Assembly (NCBI GenBank): GCA_024231955.1
Contig: JAAEPZ010000538.1
Span: forward strand, 766,551 to 830,550
Direction: 5' to 3'
Length of the DNA: 64,000 nt
DNA from: a bacterium
GTDB lineage: Bacteria > Krumholzibacteriota > Krumholzibacteriia > JACNKJ01
Position 1 is the stretch's first letter. Every line of letters begins with the position of its first letter. The translations under genes were made by a program, and so were the position numbers. A model generated the notes under the pieces. The model did not search any database, was not told the origin of the DNA, and worked only from the letters and a program-made list of their open reading frames with translations. This document shows positions 19,103 through 32,213 of this stretch, piece by piece.

Positions 19103-20614
19103 ATGAAGATCCGCCCGGAAGAGATCACGACCATCATCAAGTCTGAGATTGCGGGTTTCGAGGGTGGCCTGGAGGTCGAGGAGACCGGGCAGGTCCTCGA
19201 GATCGGCGACGGCATCGCACGTATCTACGGCCTCTCCAAATGCATGGCCGGCGAGTTGCTGGAGTTCTCCAACGGCACCATGGGCATGGCCCTGAACCTG
19301 GAAGAGGACAACATCGGCGCCGTGCTCATGGGAGATTTCCAGGAGATCAAGGAGGGCGACAGCGTCAAGCGCACCGGGCGGGTTATCTCCGTGCCGGTGG
19401 GCGAGGGGTTGCTCGGCCGCGTGGTGACGCCGCTCGGAGAACCTCTGGACGGCAAGGGGCCGATCCAGAGTGAGAACTTCCGCCCCGTGGAGTTCCTGGC
19501 GCCCGGCATCATCGAACGTCAGCCCGTGAAGGAGGCGTTGCAGACCGGCCTCAAGCCCATCGATTCGATGACGCCCATCGGGCGCGGTCAGCGTGAGCTG
19601 ATCATCGGCGATCGCAGCACCGGCAAAACCGCCATCGCGCTGGACACGATCATCAATCAGAAGGACACGGATGTGATCTGTGTCTACGTGGCCGTCGGCC
19701 AGAAGGCCTCCACCGTGGCGGCCGTGGTTGAGAATCTCCGCAAGCATGGAGCGATGGACTACACCATCGTGGTTGCGGCTACCGCTTCCGATCCCGCGCC
19801 GCTGCAGTACATCGCGCCCTATGCCGGTTGCGCCATGGCCGAGTACTTCATGTACGAGAAGCATGGCCACACGCTTTGCGTTTACGACGATCTTTCCAAG
19901 CAGGCCGTCGCTTATCGGCAGCTATCCCTGCTGTTGCGGCGCCCGCCGGGACGCGAAGCGTTCCCCGGGGACGTGTTCTACCTGCACAGCCGCCTGCTCG
20001 AACGCGCGGTCAAGCTGAACGACGAACTGGGTGGCGGCAGCCTGACTGCGCTGCCGATCATCGAAACCCAGCAGAGTGATGTGACCGCCTATATCCCGAC
20101 CAATGTGATCTCGATCACGGATGGCCAGATCTTCCTCGAACCCGATCTCTTCAACCAGGGTGTGCGTCCGGCGATCAATGTCGGCATCAGCGTCTCCCGC
20201 GTGGGCGGCAACGCCCAGACCAAGGCGATGCGTTCGGTTGCGGGCAGCCTGCGGCTGACGTTGGCCCAGTACCGCGAACTCGAGGCTTTCGCCCAGTTCG
20301 GTTCGGAGCTGGACAAGGCCACGCAGGCCGCTCTCTCCCTTGGTGAGCGGATGGTCGAGGTCCTCAAACAGGATCAGTGGGTGCCGATGAGTATGGCCGA
20401 ACAGGTGATGATCATCTACACGGGGCTCAACGGGCATCTCAAGGATGTCGAGGTGGAGCAGGTCAGAACATTCGAGGAGCAGTTCCTGAGCTTCATGAAG
20501 GCTCAACATCCCGAGGTCGGCGCAGCGATCGCGGCCGAGGGTGTGATCAGTGATGAAACCGAGTCGAAACTGAAGTCGGCTCTCACGGAATTCCTGCAGC
20601 AATTCGCGGTATAG
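19103..20614 (+). CDS. atpA: F0F1 ATP synthase subunit alpha.
   Basis: Walker [28 protein letters not shown], and the characteristic alpha C-terminal region. Confidence 0.95.
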   Translation: MKIRPEEITTIIKSEIAGFEGGLEVEETGQVLEIGDGIARIYGLSKCMAGELLEFSNGTMGMALNLEEDNIGAVLMGDFQEIKEGDSVKRTGRVISVPVGEGLLGRVVTPLGEPLDGKGPIQSENFRPVEFLAPGIIERQPVKEALQTGLKPIDSMTPIGRGQRELIIGDRSTGKTAIALDTIINQKDTDVICVYVAVGQKASTVAAVVENLRKHGAMDYTIVVAATASDPAPLQYIAPYAGCAMAEYFMYEKHGHTLCVYDDLSKQAVAYRQLSLLLRRPPGREAFPGDVFYLHSRLLERAVKLNDELGGGSLTALPIIETQQSDVTAYIPTNVISITDGQIFLEPDLFNQGVRPAINVGISVSRVGGNAQTKAMRSVAGSLRLTLAQYRELEAFAQFGSELDKATQAALSLGERMVEVLKQDQWVPMSMAEQVMIIYTGLNGHLKDVEVEQVRTFEEQFLSFMKAQHPEVGAAIAAEGVISDETESKLKSALTEFLQQFAV

Positions 20615-20621
20615 GGGACCC

Positions 20622-23209
<2,588 letters not shown>

Positions 23210-23230
23210 TTTGAGATCCATCCCCGCAAT

Positions 23231-23268
23231 ATGTATTGAGAGACCCCGGAGCGTGAGCTGCGGGGTCT
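23231..23268 (+). terminator. Intrinsic terminator of the atp operon.
   Basis: AGACCCCG-12 nt loop-CGGGGTCT stem followed by GTTGTATTGG. Confidence 0.45.
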
Positions 23269-23371
23269 GTTGTATTGGCCTTGGTATTCGTGTATGCTTT
23301 ATGATAATTACGTTATACGAATTGAAACTCATAGCGGAATCCCTTGGCCCCGAATATGTGAGGTGCAAAGA

Positions 23372-25201
23372 ATGCCGTGTGGGGAAACATCCAGATTGAG
23401 CGTCAAAGTCATGGTGTGTGTTGTCATCGCGGTCAGCTCCCTGCTGATGAGTTGTCGGCTTGTCACCGAGGTGGAGAATGTTGCGGCCCTGAATGCGATT
23501 GTCGGCGAAACTACGTACCATGTCTCGGTAACGGGAAACAATGATGCCGATGGCCTCAGCCTGGAGACCGCCTGGCGAACGATAGATTATGCCGTCAATA
23601 CTGCAGATGCCGATGCCTTGGTCATTGTTCACGAGGGTGATTACCGGGAGAATTCGGGGGGCAACGGTTGTCTGAGCTTCACTGCGGAGATGGCCGATCT
23701 GCGACTGCAGGCGGCAGGTGAGGTCAGGATCCTGGCGGACGGCGCGGTGGAGCAGATCGTCCTGTTGCAGTACTGCAGCGGTTTTATCGAATTCGACGGA
23801 TTTGCCTTTGACGGGGAATCGGTTGTCGAGAGGGGAATCAAGGCCAACTGCGGCAACAAGAGGTTCGTTGATTGCCGCTTCCGGGCAGTGACCGATCTTG
23901 CAATAGAGATCCATGCCTCGTCGGCCGTCATGATCGAGGATTGCCTCTTTGGTTCGCCGGATCAACCTTTGGCCGCCGGAGGGGTGTATCTGAACGGTTC
24001 CGACGACTCTGCTGTTCGTGATTGCACATTTCATACTGCCGGCAATTCCGGCGATATAGTCTGTTGCTATGCGACGGACGATATCCTGATCGCCTCCAAC
24101 ATGTTCGGATCGCAAACGGAACCGCTGCACGACAGCAACAATAATTGGGTTGTCGTAGTGGAGGATGCCCAGGCACCCGTTATAGAACACAATACGTTTC
24201 ATATGCTGGAGGGCCGCTGCATCAGGGCTCGTCAAGTCTATGTCGATGTCGCCGGGATCGTCATCCGCAACAATGTGTTCCTGCACCAGGTTCTTTCGGC
24301 GGATTATTCGATCAGCGTTGGTCGTGAGGATCCGTGGGGCGCATCCAATTCGTCATCACTTATCTGCGGCAATATCCTGGACATCCCCACCGGCGATTCG
24401 ACGAAGCACAACATCTTCGTCGGCTACACTCTGGATCCCGTTATCAGGGACAATGTCTCCCATGGCGGCGGATTCGGATTGGGGATCAAGGGCAATGATC
24501 GCGCAGCGGTTTATCACAACTCCATCTACGATTGCGGCCGCCAGGGGATTGTCGACAAGGCGGGCCATGATTGCGAGTACTACGGCAACTACGTGAACAA
24601 TGCCTTCGGGGAGTGTGTGCGGATGACCGACGATATCTATTCCGGACGTGAGGTTCTGGATTCATACTGGCACGACAATACTCTGGTCGCTCATCCGCCG
24701 CATGCCGCCTACTGTGTCGACTCCCCGGTTGATCCGGTAAACGCCCGAATTCTATGTGACGACCACTATTTCGAACTTGAGGAATCGGCCCAGATACTCC
24801 TCACCTACCATGGCTTTCGTCACGACCTGACGTATGTTCGCAGTGAATTCGGTTGGGACCTGAACTCCAGTTTGACGGCCTCCATGGAGTTCCCCTCTTT
24901 TGTCGACATCGGTTGCATTCAACCGGGTCCCCGCTGGGCCAAGATCAGCTGTGAGATGTCCGAAGTGTGCGCTGGACAGCTACGCTACTGGAGCGAGAGT
25001 AGGGAGTGGACACGGCAGGTGGAGGATCCGACAATGATCGTGGAATTTGAACTTGAGCAGTTGCCGACCAACACCCGGATCTACTATCAGGCGGAACTGA
25101 TCGACCTGGACGGCAATTCCGTTCTCTCGCCCATCGCCTCCTTCAAGACGGGTCATCGCAGAAAATCAAAGATGCATTTTACGGAGGTCAACAGCGACTA
25201 G
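23372..25201 (+). CDS. Secreted or lipoprotein-like right-handed parallel beta-helix (pectin-lyase-fold) protein, without a CTD.
   Basis: N-terminus MPCGETSRLSVKVMVCVVIAVSSLLMSC (signal, possible lipobox). Repeated beta-helix-like turns (NNVFLH, GNILDI, DNVSHGGGFGLGIKGNDRAAVYHNSIYDCG). Confidence 0.65.
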   Translation: MPCGETSRLSVKVMVCVVIAVSSLLMSCRLVTEVENVAALNAIVGETTYHVSVTGNNDADGLSLETAWRTIDYAVNTADADALVIVHEGDYRENSGGNGCLSFTAEMADLRLQAAGEVRILADGAVEQIVLLQYCSGFIEFDGFAFDGESVVERGIKANCGNKRFVDCRFRAVTDLAIEIHASSAVMIEDCLFGSPDQPLAAGGVYLNGSDDSAVRDCTFHTAGNSGDIVCCYATDDILIASNMFGSQTEPLHDSNNNWVVVVEDAQAPVIEHNTFHMLEGRCIRARQVYVDVAGIVIRNNVFLHQVLSADYSISVGREDPWGASNSSSLICGNILDIPTGDSTKHNIFVGYTLDPVIRDNVSHGGGFGLGIKGNDRAAVYHNSIYDCGRQGIVDKAGHDCEYYGNYVNNAFGECVRMTDDIYSGREVLDSYWHDNTLVAHPPHAAYCVDSPVDPVNARILCDDHYFELEESAQILLTYHGFRHDLTYVRSEFGWDLNSSLTASMEFPSFVDIGCIQPGPRWAKISCEMSEVCAGQLRYWSESREWTRQVEDPTMIVEFELEQLPTNTRIYYQAELIDLDGNSVLSPIASFKTGHRRKSKMHFTEVNSD

Positions 25202-25272
25202 GCTGAAGCCGAGGCAACCAGCTGCTGCGGCGGATCTCCCCAGCGTCAAGGCACCGAGAGCCGATGTGCCGG

Positions 25273-26502
25273 TCAGCGGATCATAGTGATCTTGTGGGAC
25301 GCGGTTGCCGTTTCAGTCCGGAGCCGCAGGAGGTAGACGCCAGAGCCCAACTGCTCGCCCAGGCTGTTGCATCCGTCCCAGGTGATCGTCAAAGTTCCCC
25401 CATTACGCCAACCCTGAGCCAGCACGGCATGACGGAGACCGTTTGCGTCGTGGACGCTCAGCGTGATCTCCCCGGCAGCCGGCAGTGAACAGCTGATGGT
25501 CGTGCGGGGATTGAACGGATTGGGGTAACAGGTCAACATCCCGGCCGGGGCGGCCGGCGTCTCTCCGATGACGGAATAGTCAAAGTAGTCGCTGATATCC
25601 TCGATGAGCGGCGGATGCTCTTTGGTCGCGGTGATCAACTCGCCATTCTCCAGGCGGATCCAGCGTGCCTGCTCGTGGCCGGGATAGCGCGAAGCGATTG
25701 CCGTGGTGCCGGCATCCAATCCAGCTGCATTCGTGTAGAACAGATCAGCACCCTCGCGGTAGGCCCAAAGTGTGGCGCCGTCACTCAGTATGAAGTTGAG
25801 CGAGTGATATTCTCCGGGCAGGAAGGCCCGCAATTTCAGGATCACTTCACCCAGACCGGCTTTGACGTCCCAGCCGTGCTCCTCGACGGTTTGCATGACA
25901 TACATGAAGTAGAGTTCGCTGTCGATCCAATCCTGCGGATTGTCGCCATTGACCGGGGGGTGCAGCGTGAAGTAATCCGTGGGGATCAGATCAAGCAACA
26001 CGCTCTTCAGAATCGAACCGTTGTGAGCGAGAAACCAGTGCTTGCCGTTCAGCTCGCGATAGAAGGGGTGGGGATTGGGGATTTCGCAGAGACCGGAGGA
26101 GCAATTACGGACATGGGCAAAACAGACTTCGGGAAACAACTCGGCTCTGGCGATTACCGTCGGGTCGAATTCGGGATCGTTGATCGCAGCCAGGCTGCTC
26201 CGATTGATGACGGGCTCGGCACCCTCATCGGCGAAGGTGACCAGTCCCCAACCATTGCGATTGGTTGAACTCAGCTCCTTGAGAGAGTAGGGCGCGTAGA
26301 TGAGATGATCCTGGATCAGCTCGGAGCGGATCTCCGAGGAGATCGCACCCCACAGCCGGCAGTTGTGGTGGGCGGGTTCGCCGGAGAGATGATCGGGGAT
26401 TGCGGCGACCGGCGCGCCCCACTCCGGTGTCCGGCCGCTACCGACTGTAATCGCAAGCAGTATGACCGAAAAGAGCATTATGATTGTGATTCGTCCACGC
26501 AT
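25273..26502 (-). CDS. Secreted class-II (Ntn) glutamine amidotransferase-like protein (YafJ type) with a C-terminal Por_Secre_tail domain.
   Basis: Signal peptide MRGRITIIMLFSVILLAITVGSG. The block HNCRLWGAIS...NGWGLVTF...FAHVRNCSSG...HPFYRELNGKHWFLAHNGSI resembles the E. coli YafJ pattern. The C-terminus is CYPNPFNPRTTISCSL...GVYLLRL. Confidence 0.7.
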   Translation of the reverse strand: MRGRITIIMLFSVILLAITVGSGRTPEWGAPVAAIPDHLSGEPAHHNCRLWGAISSEIRSELIQDHLIYAPYSLKELSSTNRNGWGLVTFADEGAEPVINRSSLAAINDPEFDPTVIARAELFPEVCFAHVRNCSSGLCEIPNPHPFYRELNGKHWFLAHNGSILKSVLLDLIPTDYFTLHPPVNGDNPQDWIDSELYFMYVMQTVEEHGWDVKAGLGEVILKLRAFLPGEYHSLNFILSDGATLWAYREGADLFYTNAAGLDAGTTAIASRYPGHEQARWIRLENGELITATKEHPPLIEDISDYFDYSVIGETPAAPAGMLTCYPNPFNPRTTISCSLPAAGEITLSVHDANGLRHAVLAQGWRNGGTLTITWDGCNSLGEQLGSGVYLLRLRTETATASHKITMIR

Positions 26503-26851
26503 CTTGTGTCCCCCTGATAGCACAATCAGTATACACGATTCATTGAGATGTGGGTATCCATGCCTGGGCAATCGGGGCGACAACTCTCGCCCCCGACGGT
26601 CGATTTATACGATTTGCCGACCGGCATGAAGTGGCTATTTTGCCGATTTGTATCCTGGCATACATTTCCGGCTCTGTCCGTCTTGCTCGCTGATCAATCT
26701 CTGCTATCCTGACCATGCGCACTCTGGATGCGTCGGCCGGGTGCAGGTGTCGCGCAACCGGGGATCGCCGGTTATTGAATCGGATTCGAGCCTGACGAGG
26801 AGCGCCACGTGCTCCTCTCTCTCCGCCGGGAGGCTGAGATTCCAGACAGCA

Positions 26852-27586
26852 ATGGAGAAGTCGGTGAAAATCAAAGTAGTATACGACAATAAGGTCGGAG
26901 TGCCCGGACTGGTTGAGGATTGGGGTTTTGCCTGCCTTATCGAGAGCGGTTCCGAACGGATTCTTTTCGATACCGGTGCCGAAGGTGAGATACTCATCGA
27001 CAACATGCGCCGCATGAACATCCCCCCGACCTCCATCGAGAGGATCGTCATCTCGCACGACGACTGGGATCACGCAGGTGGATTGTCCGCAATACTCGAC
27101 GTCTGCGATGCTCCTCAGGTCCATGTCCTCCCCTCTTTTGATCGCGACCTCCTCGACACGGCGAAACGGAGCGGGCAGCTCGCTCCGGTGGACGCTCCCG
27201 GCTGGTTGACCGACAAGATCTGGAGCACGGGGCCGCTGCCGAGAATCAATCCCGTCACGGAGACCGGCGACGAACAGGCGCTGGCGATCAAGGGGCGGCA
27301 CGGCTTTCTGCTCCTTACAGGCTGTGCGCATCCCGGGTTGATCAATCTTGTTCAACACTGCCGCAAGGAGCTGGGGTCCGCTCCCAGGATGATCATGGGG
27401 GGGCTTCATCTCAAGGATCTGTCCAATGAGGAGGTGACCGGTGTCATCGCCGAATTGCGTGGGATGGGGGTTGCGAGAATTGCGCCCTGTCACTGCACCG
27501 GCGCCGAGGCGATGAGGCAACTTGGTTCAGCCTATTGCACCAATTACGTGGAGTCGGCCGTTGGCGAGATAATCGAGTGGCCGTGA
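26852..27586 (+). CDS. MBL-fold metallo-hydrolase.
   Basis: HDDWDHAGG metal-binding-like motif and CAHPG...GGLHL... in MBL order. Start placed at the MEKSVKIKV Met. Confidence 0.65.
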   Translation: MEKSVKIKVVYDNKVGVPGLVEDWGFACLIESGSERILFDTGAEGEILIDNMRRMNIPPTSIERIVISHDDWDHAGGLSAILDVCDAPQVHVLPSFDRDLLDTAKRSGQLAPVDAPGWLTDKIWSTGPLPRINPVTETGDEQALAIKGRHGFLLLTGCAHPGLINLVQHCRKELGSAPRMIMGGLHLKDLSNEEVTGVIAELRGMGVARIAPCHCTGAEAMRQLGSAYCTNYVESAVGEIIEWP

Positions 27587-27670
27587 TACCCCGATGACGT
27601 CGGATATCCCGTTCGAAAATATCATCCGCAACACCTGAACCGATAGCCCTCCCGGGATGGGAGTGCTACA

Positions 27671-28807
27671 GTGGTGGCCCCAAACCACCGAGGTGTCATG
27701 AACGTTGACGGCAAAGCATACAGGAGCATCCGGCTCGTTGACGATAACCGCTCGGTCGAAATCATCGATCAGACGGCACTGCCGCATCTGTTCCGCACCA
27801 TTGCTCTGAGCACGATGGCCGACGCCGCAAATGCCATCGCCGGCATGCAGGTGCGGGGCGCGCCGCTTATCGGCGCCACTGCCGCCTGCGGTCTGGCTCT
27901 GGCGATGAATCATGATCCCTCGGATGCCAACCTCGATCATACCCTTCGCACACTGGCCGCTACCCGACCGACCGCCGTCAATCTGATGTGGGCCCTGAAG
28001 CGTGTCGGCGAGGTGTTGCTGCCGCTGCCCCCGCGGGACAGGGGGGAGGTCGCCTGGGAGCTGGCCGGGGAGATCTGCGATGAGGATGTGGCGCTCAATC
28101 GCGCACTGGGCGAGCGGGGGTTGCCCCTGATCGAGGCGATCTGGGACGTGAAGGGGCGCGCGGACAGAGTGGATGTCCTGACCCACTGCAATGCCGGCTG
28201 GTTGGCGACGGTGGATTGGGGGACCGCGCTGGCGCCGATCTACCTGGCCCATGAGCGGGGCATCCCGGTTCATGTCTGGGTGGACGAAACCCGCCCGCGC
28301 AATCAGGGGGCAAGCCTCACCGCCTGGGAGTTGACGCGTCACGGCATCCCCTGCACGTTGATCGTCGACAACGCCGGTGGTCATCTGATGCGTCAGGGGC
28401 GGGTGGACATCTGTTTCGTCGGCACCGACCGCACAACCGCGAGAGGCGATGTCTGCAACAAGATCGGCACCTATCTCAAGGCGCTGGCTGCCCGGGACAA
28501 CAACCTGCCGTTCCATGTCTGCGCACCATCGCCCAGCATCGACTGGTCTGTCGAGGATGGCCTCGCCGAGATACCGATAGAGGATCGCGGGGCTGAGGAG
28601 GTCACGACAATGAGCGGCCTGGCGCCCGAGGGGGAGGTCGTCAATGTGGACATCGCACCCGCCGGTGTGATGGTGAGCAATCCAGGCTTCGATGTGACCC
28701 CCGCCCGACTGATCACCGGACTGATCACCGAACGCGGCGTCTGCCCGGCCACCCGTGCCGGACTGGCCGGGCTCTTCCCCGAATTCGCATCGGATCCGAA
28801 GCGCTAG
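27671..28807 (+). CDS. mtnA: S-methyl-5-thioribose-1-phosphate isomerase (eIF-2B alpha/beta/delta family).
   Basis: Family blocks [28 protein letters not shown] and [19 protein letters not shown]. Confidence 0.8.
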   Translation: MVAPNHRGVMNVDGKAYRSIRLVDDNRSVEIIDQTALPHLFRTIALSTMADAANAIAGMQVRGAPLIGATAACGLALAMNHDPSDANLDHTLRTLAATRPTAVNLMWALKRVGEVLLPLPPRDRGEVAWELAGEICDEDVALNRALGERGLPLIEAIWDVKGRADRVDVLTHCNAGWLATVDWGTALAPIYLAHERGIPVHVWVDETRPRNQGASLTAWELTRHGIPCTLIVDNAGGHLMRQGRVDICFVGTDRTTARGDVCNKIGTYLKALAARDNNLPFHVCAPSPSIDWSVEDGLAEIPIEDRGAEEVTTMSGLAPEGEVVNVDIAPAGVMVSNPGFDVTPARLITGLITERGVCPATRAGLAGLFPEFASDPKR

Positions 28808-28813
28808 AGGAGT

Positions 28814-29494
28814 GTGCTTGAGATGAACAGCAAGGGACAATCGCCGCGCGCAGAGCTGCTGGCCGTCGCCAGGCAGTTGAATGCCGGCGGCCTGAACCAG
28901 GGCACATCGGGGAACCTGAGCATCCGCAGTGGCGGGAACCTTTTGATCACGCCGTCCGCCGTCCCCTACGATGAGATGGGGGAGGGTGACCTCGTCGAGA
29001 TGACCCTGACGGGCGATGTGCTGTCCGGCGGCAAGCCTTCGTCGGAATGGCGCTTCCACTGCGACATCCTCGCCGGGCGGGATGATGTTTCCGCCGTGCT
29101 GCACGCACATCCCGCATTCAGCACAGCACTGGCCTGTCTGCACCGGGAGATCCCCGCCTTCCACTACATGGTAGCTGCGGCCGGGGGCAACTCGATCCGT
29201 TGTGCGCCCTACGCCACCTTCGGCACGCCGGAGCTCTCCACCGCTGCGGCAGCCGCTTTGGCCGAGCGACGCGCCTGTCTGCTGGCCCAACATGGCATCA
29301 TCACCCTGGGCGCCACTCCGCGCGGTGCGCTGGATCTGGCGATCGAGGTGGAGGCGCTTGCGGCTCAGTACCTGCGCGTTTTACAGATAGGGGAACCGCG
29401 GCTGCTCGACGACGTCGAGATGAACCGCGTTCTTGCCGCTTTCAAGGATTATCGTCCCGGGGAACAAGGAGAGTGTCATGAGCCGCACCGATGA
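28814..29494 (+). CDS. mtnB: Class II aldolase/adducin-family protein, probably methylthioribulose-1-phosphate dehydratase.
   Basis: GNLSIR...HAHP class-II aldolase motifs. Immediately downstream of mtnA. Confidence 0.6.
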   Translation: MLEMNSKGQSPRAELLAVARQLNAGGLNQGTSGNLSIRSGGNLLITPSAVPYDEMGEGDLVEMTLTGDVLSGGKPSSEWRFHCDILAGRDDVSAVLHAHPAFSTALACLHREIPAFHYMVAAAGGNSIRCAPYATFGTPELSTAAAAALAERRACLLAQHGIITLGATPRGALDLAIEVEALAAQYLRVLQIGEPRLLDDVEMNRVLAAFKDYRPGEQGECHEPHR

Positions 29495-29825
29495 GTTCAA
29501 TGAGTTTCGCGAGCGGATGAACCGGAAGATTCTGGATGCCGACAACAAGGCGATAACGAGATTCTTCGGTGTCGATTCGTTGACCTACAGGGAGGGAGCG
29601 CTGGATGTGCGGACCAAGGAGATGCTGGGCCTGGTTTCATCGCTGGTGCTCCGTTGCGACGACTGCATCGCCTACCACATCATCAAGTGCAGGGAGCAGG
29701 GTGTGCCGGACAGGGAGTTCTTCGACATCTTCAGCGTTGCCCTGACGGTCGGCGGCAGCATCGTTATTCCCCATCTGAGACGGGCGGTGGCGCTGCTTGA
29801 GGAGCATCCGGAGAGATCGGATTGA
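29478..29825 (+). CDS. Carboxymuconolactone decarboxylase (AhpD-like) family protein.
   Basis: CMD-family core LRCDDCIAYH (CxxC-H-like). The start overlaps the mtnB-like end by 17 nt. Confidence 0.65.
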   Translation: MSRTDEFNEFRERMNRKILDADNKAITRFFGVDSLTYREGALDVRTKEMLGLVSSLVLRCDDCIAYHIIKCREQGVPDREFFDIFSVALTVGGSIVIPHLRRAVALLEEHPERSD

Positions 29826-30068
29826 CGGCGCAACCATGAGCTGACGCCGCAATCCTGACGAAGCACTGGCGAAAATCCGGTCGATGGTGTAGTATGACCC
29901 CATCGATCGGGCTCCCGCCCGAGCGGCGAACAACAGGATCTCGATTCATTACATAAAGATCACGCCGCCAACTGACACGTCTTACCCTTCGCTGTTGTGT
30001 GGGTCGGAGAATTACGACCGAGCTGTACAGGTATGTCCTGCAGTCTCGCAGCGGAGATCAAACAAAAT

Positions 30069-31364
30069 ATGTCCAAAGCATCAGCCAAAGCCCCGACCGG
30101 CTTCGACCGGTTCGGGCTCGATGAATCCATTGTGCGCGGCATTCGTGCCGCAGGCTTCAAGAAACCCCGTTCGATCCAGAGCGAAACCATCCCCGCCGGC
30201 CGCGAGGGCCGCGATGTTCTGGGCCTCGCCCAGACCGGTACCGGCAAAACGGCCGCTTTCGCGTTGCCGTTGCTGGACAGGATAATGTACAAGCATCGCC
30301 GGGGAACCAGCGTTCTGGTGCTCGCGCCCACGCGCGAACTGGCCAATCAGATAACCGAGGAGATCCGACAGCTTGCCCGCTATACGCAGATAAAGGTGGT
30401 TACCGTTTTTGGCGGCGTGCCGATGAAAAGACAGATTGATCAATTGCGACGCAGGCCGGAGATCGTAGTCGGTTGTCCTGGACGGGTACTCGATCTGCTG
30501 CAGCAGGGACGGCTCCATCTGGCTCATATCGAGTCGCTGGTTATCGATGAAGCGGATCATCTGTTCGACATGGGTTTCATGCCGGACGTTCGACAAATTC
30601 TGGACGCCCTGCCCCGCAAGCGACAGAATCTGCTGTTTTCGGCCACCATGCCCGATGAGATCCGCAAGCTGGCCGACGATCTGTTGCATGATCCGCAGGT
30701 CGTGGAGCTCTCCACCAGCGCGCCGGTCTCCACGATCGATCACGCGCTGATCATGATCCCCGAGGGGTGCAAACGCGACCTGCTCGAGCAGTTGCTCGCG
30801 GGTGACGACTGCCGCTCGGCCATCATCTTCACCCGTACGAAGAACCGCGTTCGTCGCCTGACGGAATATCTCGGCAAGTCTGGACATCGGGTTGCGGGTA
30901 TCCAGGGCAACCTGTCCCAGGCCCGGCGCGATCAGGTGATGCGCGGCTTCCGCAAGCACAAGTTCGATATCCTCGTGGCGACGGACATCGTGGCGCGCGG
31001 CATCGATGTGAGCGGCGTCTCCCACGTGATCAACTTCGACGTGCCGAACACGCCCGAGGCCTATACCCATCGTATCGGACGCACCGGACGTGCGGAACTC
31101 GAGGGGATCGCCTATACGTTCGTCACGAGGTTTGATCACGGCTGGCTTCGCGCAACGGAGCGGATGATCGGTTTCAAGATCAGCCGCAAGAAGGTCGACG
31201 GGTTCGAGCCGGATTTCAACGAACCCAGACCGTATCAGCACGGCGGCGCTCCGCGTGGCCAGTGGCGCGGCAATCGCTCCAGGAGCGGACCGGCTGAGGG
31301 CAAGGGGCAGAGCCGCTGGGGCCGTCCGCCGGGGCCCGGAGGCAGCCGCCGCCGCACGCGCTAA
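30069..31364 (+). CDS. DEAD-box ATP-dependent RNA helicase with an RG-rich C-terminal tail.
   Basis: Q-motif region, Walker A AQTGTGKTAAF, PTRELA, DEAD (VIDEADHLFDMGF), SAT, HRIGRTGR, and a C-terminal RGQWRGNRSRS...GGSRRRTR tail. Confidence 0.9.
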   Translation: MSKASAKAPTGFDRFGLDESIVRGIRAAGFKKPRSIQSETIPAGREGRDVLGLAQTGTGKTAAFALPLLDRIMYKHRRGTSVLVLAPTRELANQITEEIRQLARYTQIKVVTVFGGVPMKRQIDQLRRRPEIVVGCPGRVLDLLQQGRLHLAHIESLVIDEADHLFDMGFMPDVRQILDALPRKRQNLLFSATMPDEIRKLADDLLHDPQVVELSTSAPVSTIDHALIMIPEGCKRDLLEQLLAGDDCRSAIIFTRTKNRVRRLTEYLGKSGHRVAGIQGNLSQARRDQVMRGFRKHKFDILVATDIVARGIDVSGVSHVINFDVPNTPEAYTHRIGRTGRAELEGIAYTFVTRFDHGWLRATERMIGFKISRKKVDGFEPDFNEPRPYQHGGAPRGQWRGNRSRSGPAEGKGQSRWGRPPGPGGSRRRTR

Positions 31365-31565
31365 GGCGGCACCACTTCATTCGACATGGGTAGCTCTTGA
31401 TATCCACCCCCCCGATCCGTATAGTCGCGGACAGAGTTATTGTCGTATACGGAACTTCGCGTCGGCGGGGACACACCTCGCCGGAATTTGCCGCGCATTT
31501 CACTTGATCTCGATGAATATCGCTATGACCGCCAGCCGTTGGACAAATCGCAATGGAGGGAATTC

Positions 31566-32153
31566 ATGGATACGAACACATTTCTTCAGGAGGAGTACCG
31601 AACGCTAAGGGAGGAGATCAAGGAGACGAAGTCACGCATCTACAAGACTCTTTCCTACGGATTGATAGTCGTGCCCGCGGCTCATTACCTCGCCAAATCA
31701 TATGAGCTTGAGATAGTGCTCTATTCAACTCCGTTGCTGGTGATCGTGGTTGCGCTGCTCTACCTTTCAGAGAACCATGGCCTCATGCGTTGTGGGAGAT
31801 ACATTCTCCTCGAGATCGAACCTCATGTCGAAGAGGTTTTCGGGTGGGAATCCTGGTTGGAGACTCAAGGCACTTTCGATCCCAGGACCGTGGATAAATT
31901 CGTCTCCATCTGCTTCTACGTGTTGTACCTGGTCTATTTCACGGGTTCTGTGTATCTGGCGACGATACGCGCCATCGATCGGATGGGGATGCTGGCGGCC
32001 TCATTGATTCTGGGGATCTACTCCGCTGTGGGACTCTGGTTTCTCATCTACCTGTTCAGGCATATCCGCACTACGACGCGCACGGTGCTAGACTCCGAGG
32101 AGAAGGTTGCCCAGGCAAGAGAGTTTACCCGCAGCCGTTCGAATATCGGTTAG
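31566..32153 (+). CDS. Hypothetical membrane protein of lower GC than its neighbours.
   Basis: GGAGGG RBS before the MDTNTF start, about 4 TM helices. About 50 % GC against about 62 % flanks. Confidence 0.45.
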   Translation: MDTNTFLQEEYRTLREEIKETKSRIYKTLSYGLIVVPAAHYLAKSYELEIVLYSTPLLVIVVALLYLSENHGLMRCGRYILLEIEPHVEEVFGWESWLETQGTFDPRTVDKFVSICFYVLYLVYFTGSVYLATIRAIDRMGMLAASLILGIYSAVGLWFLIYLFRHIRTTTRTVLDSEEKVAQAREFTRSRSNIG

Positions 32154-32213
32154 TCCTGATGAGCCGCCGACTGTCGTCCACAGGCGGGATCATCGCCGCC
32201 ACGGCGGTGCGGG

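Noticed and set aside
18935-19870. 311-aa minus-strand ORF, with several others (18014..18562, 19922..20719, 20583..21344, 22354..23046) inside the atp operon.
   Set aside because: All are antisense to well-supported ATP synthase subunits. They are shadow ORFs.
27527-29293. 588-aa minus-strand ORF.
   Set aside because: Antisense to mtnA and mtnB, which have clear family motifs. No motifs of its own. GC-driven open frame.
30081-31241. 386-aa minus-strand ORF.
   Set aside because: Antisense to the DEAD-box helicase.
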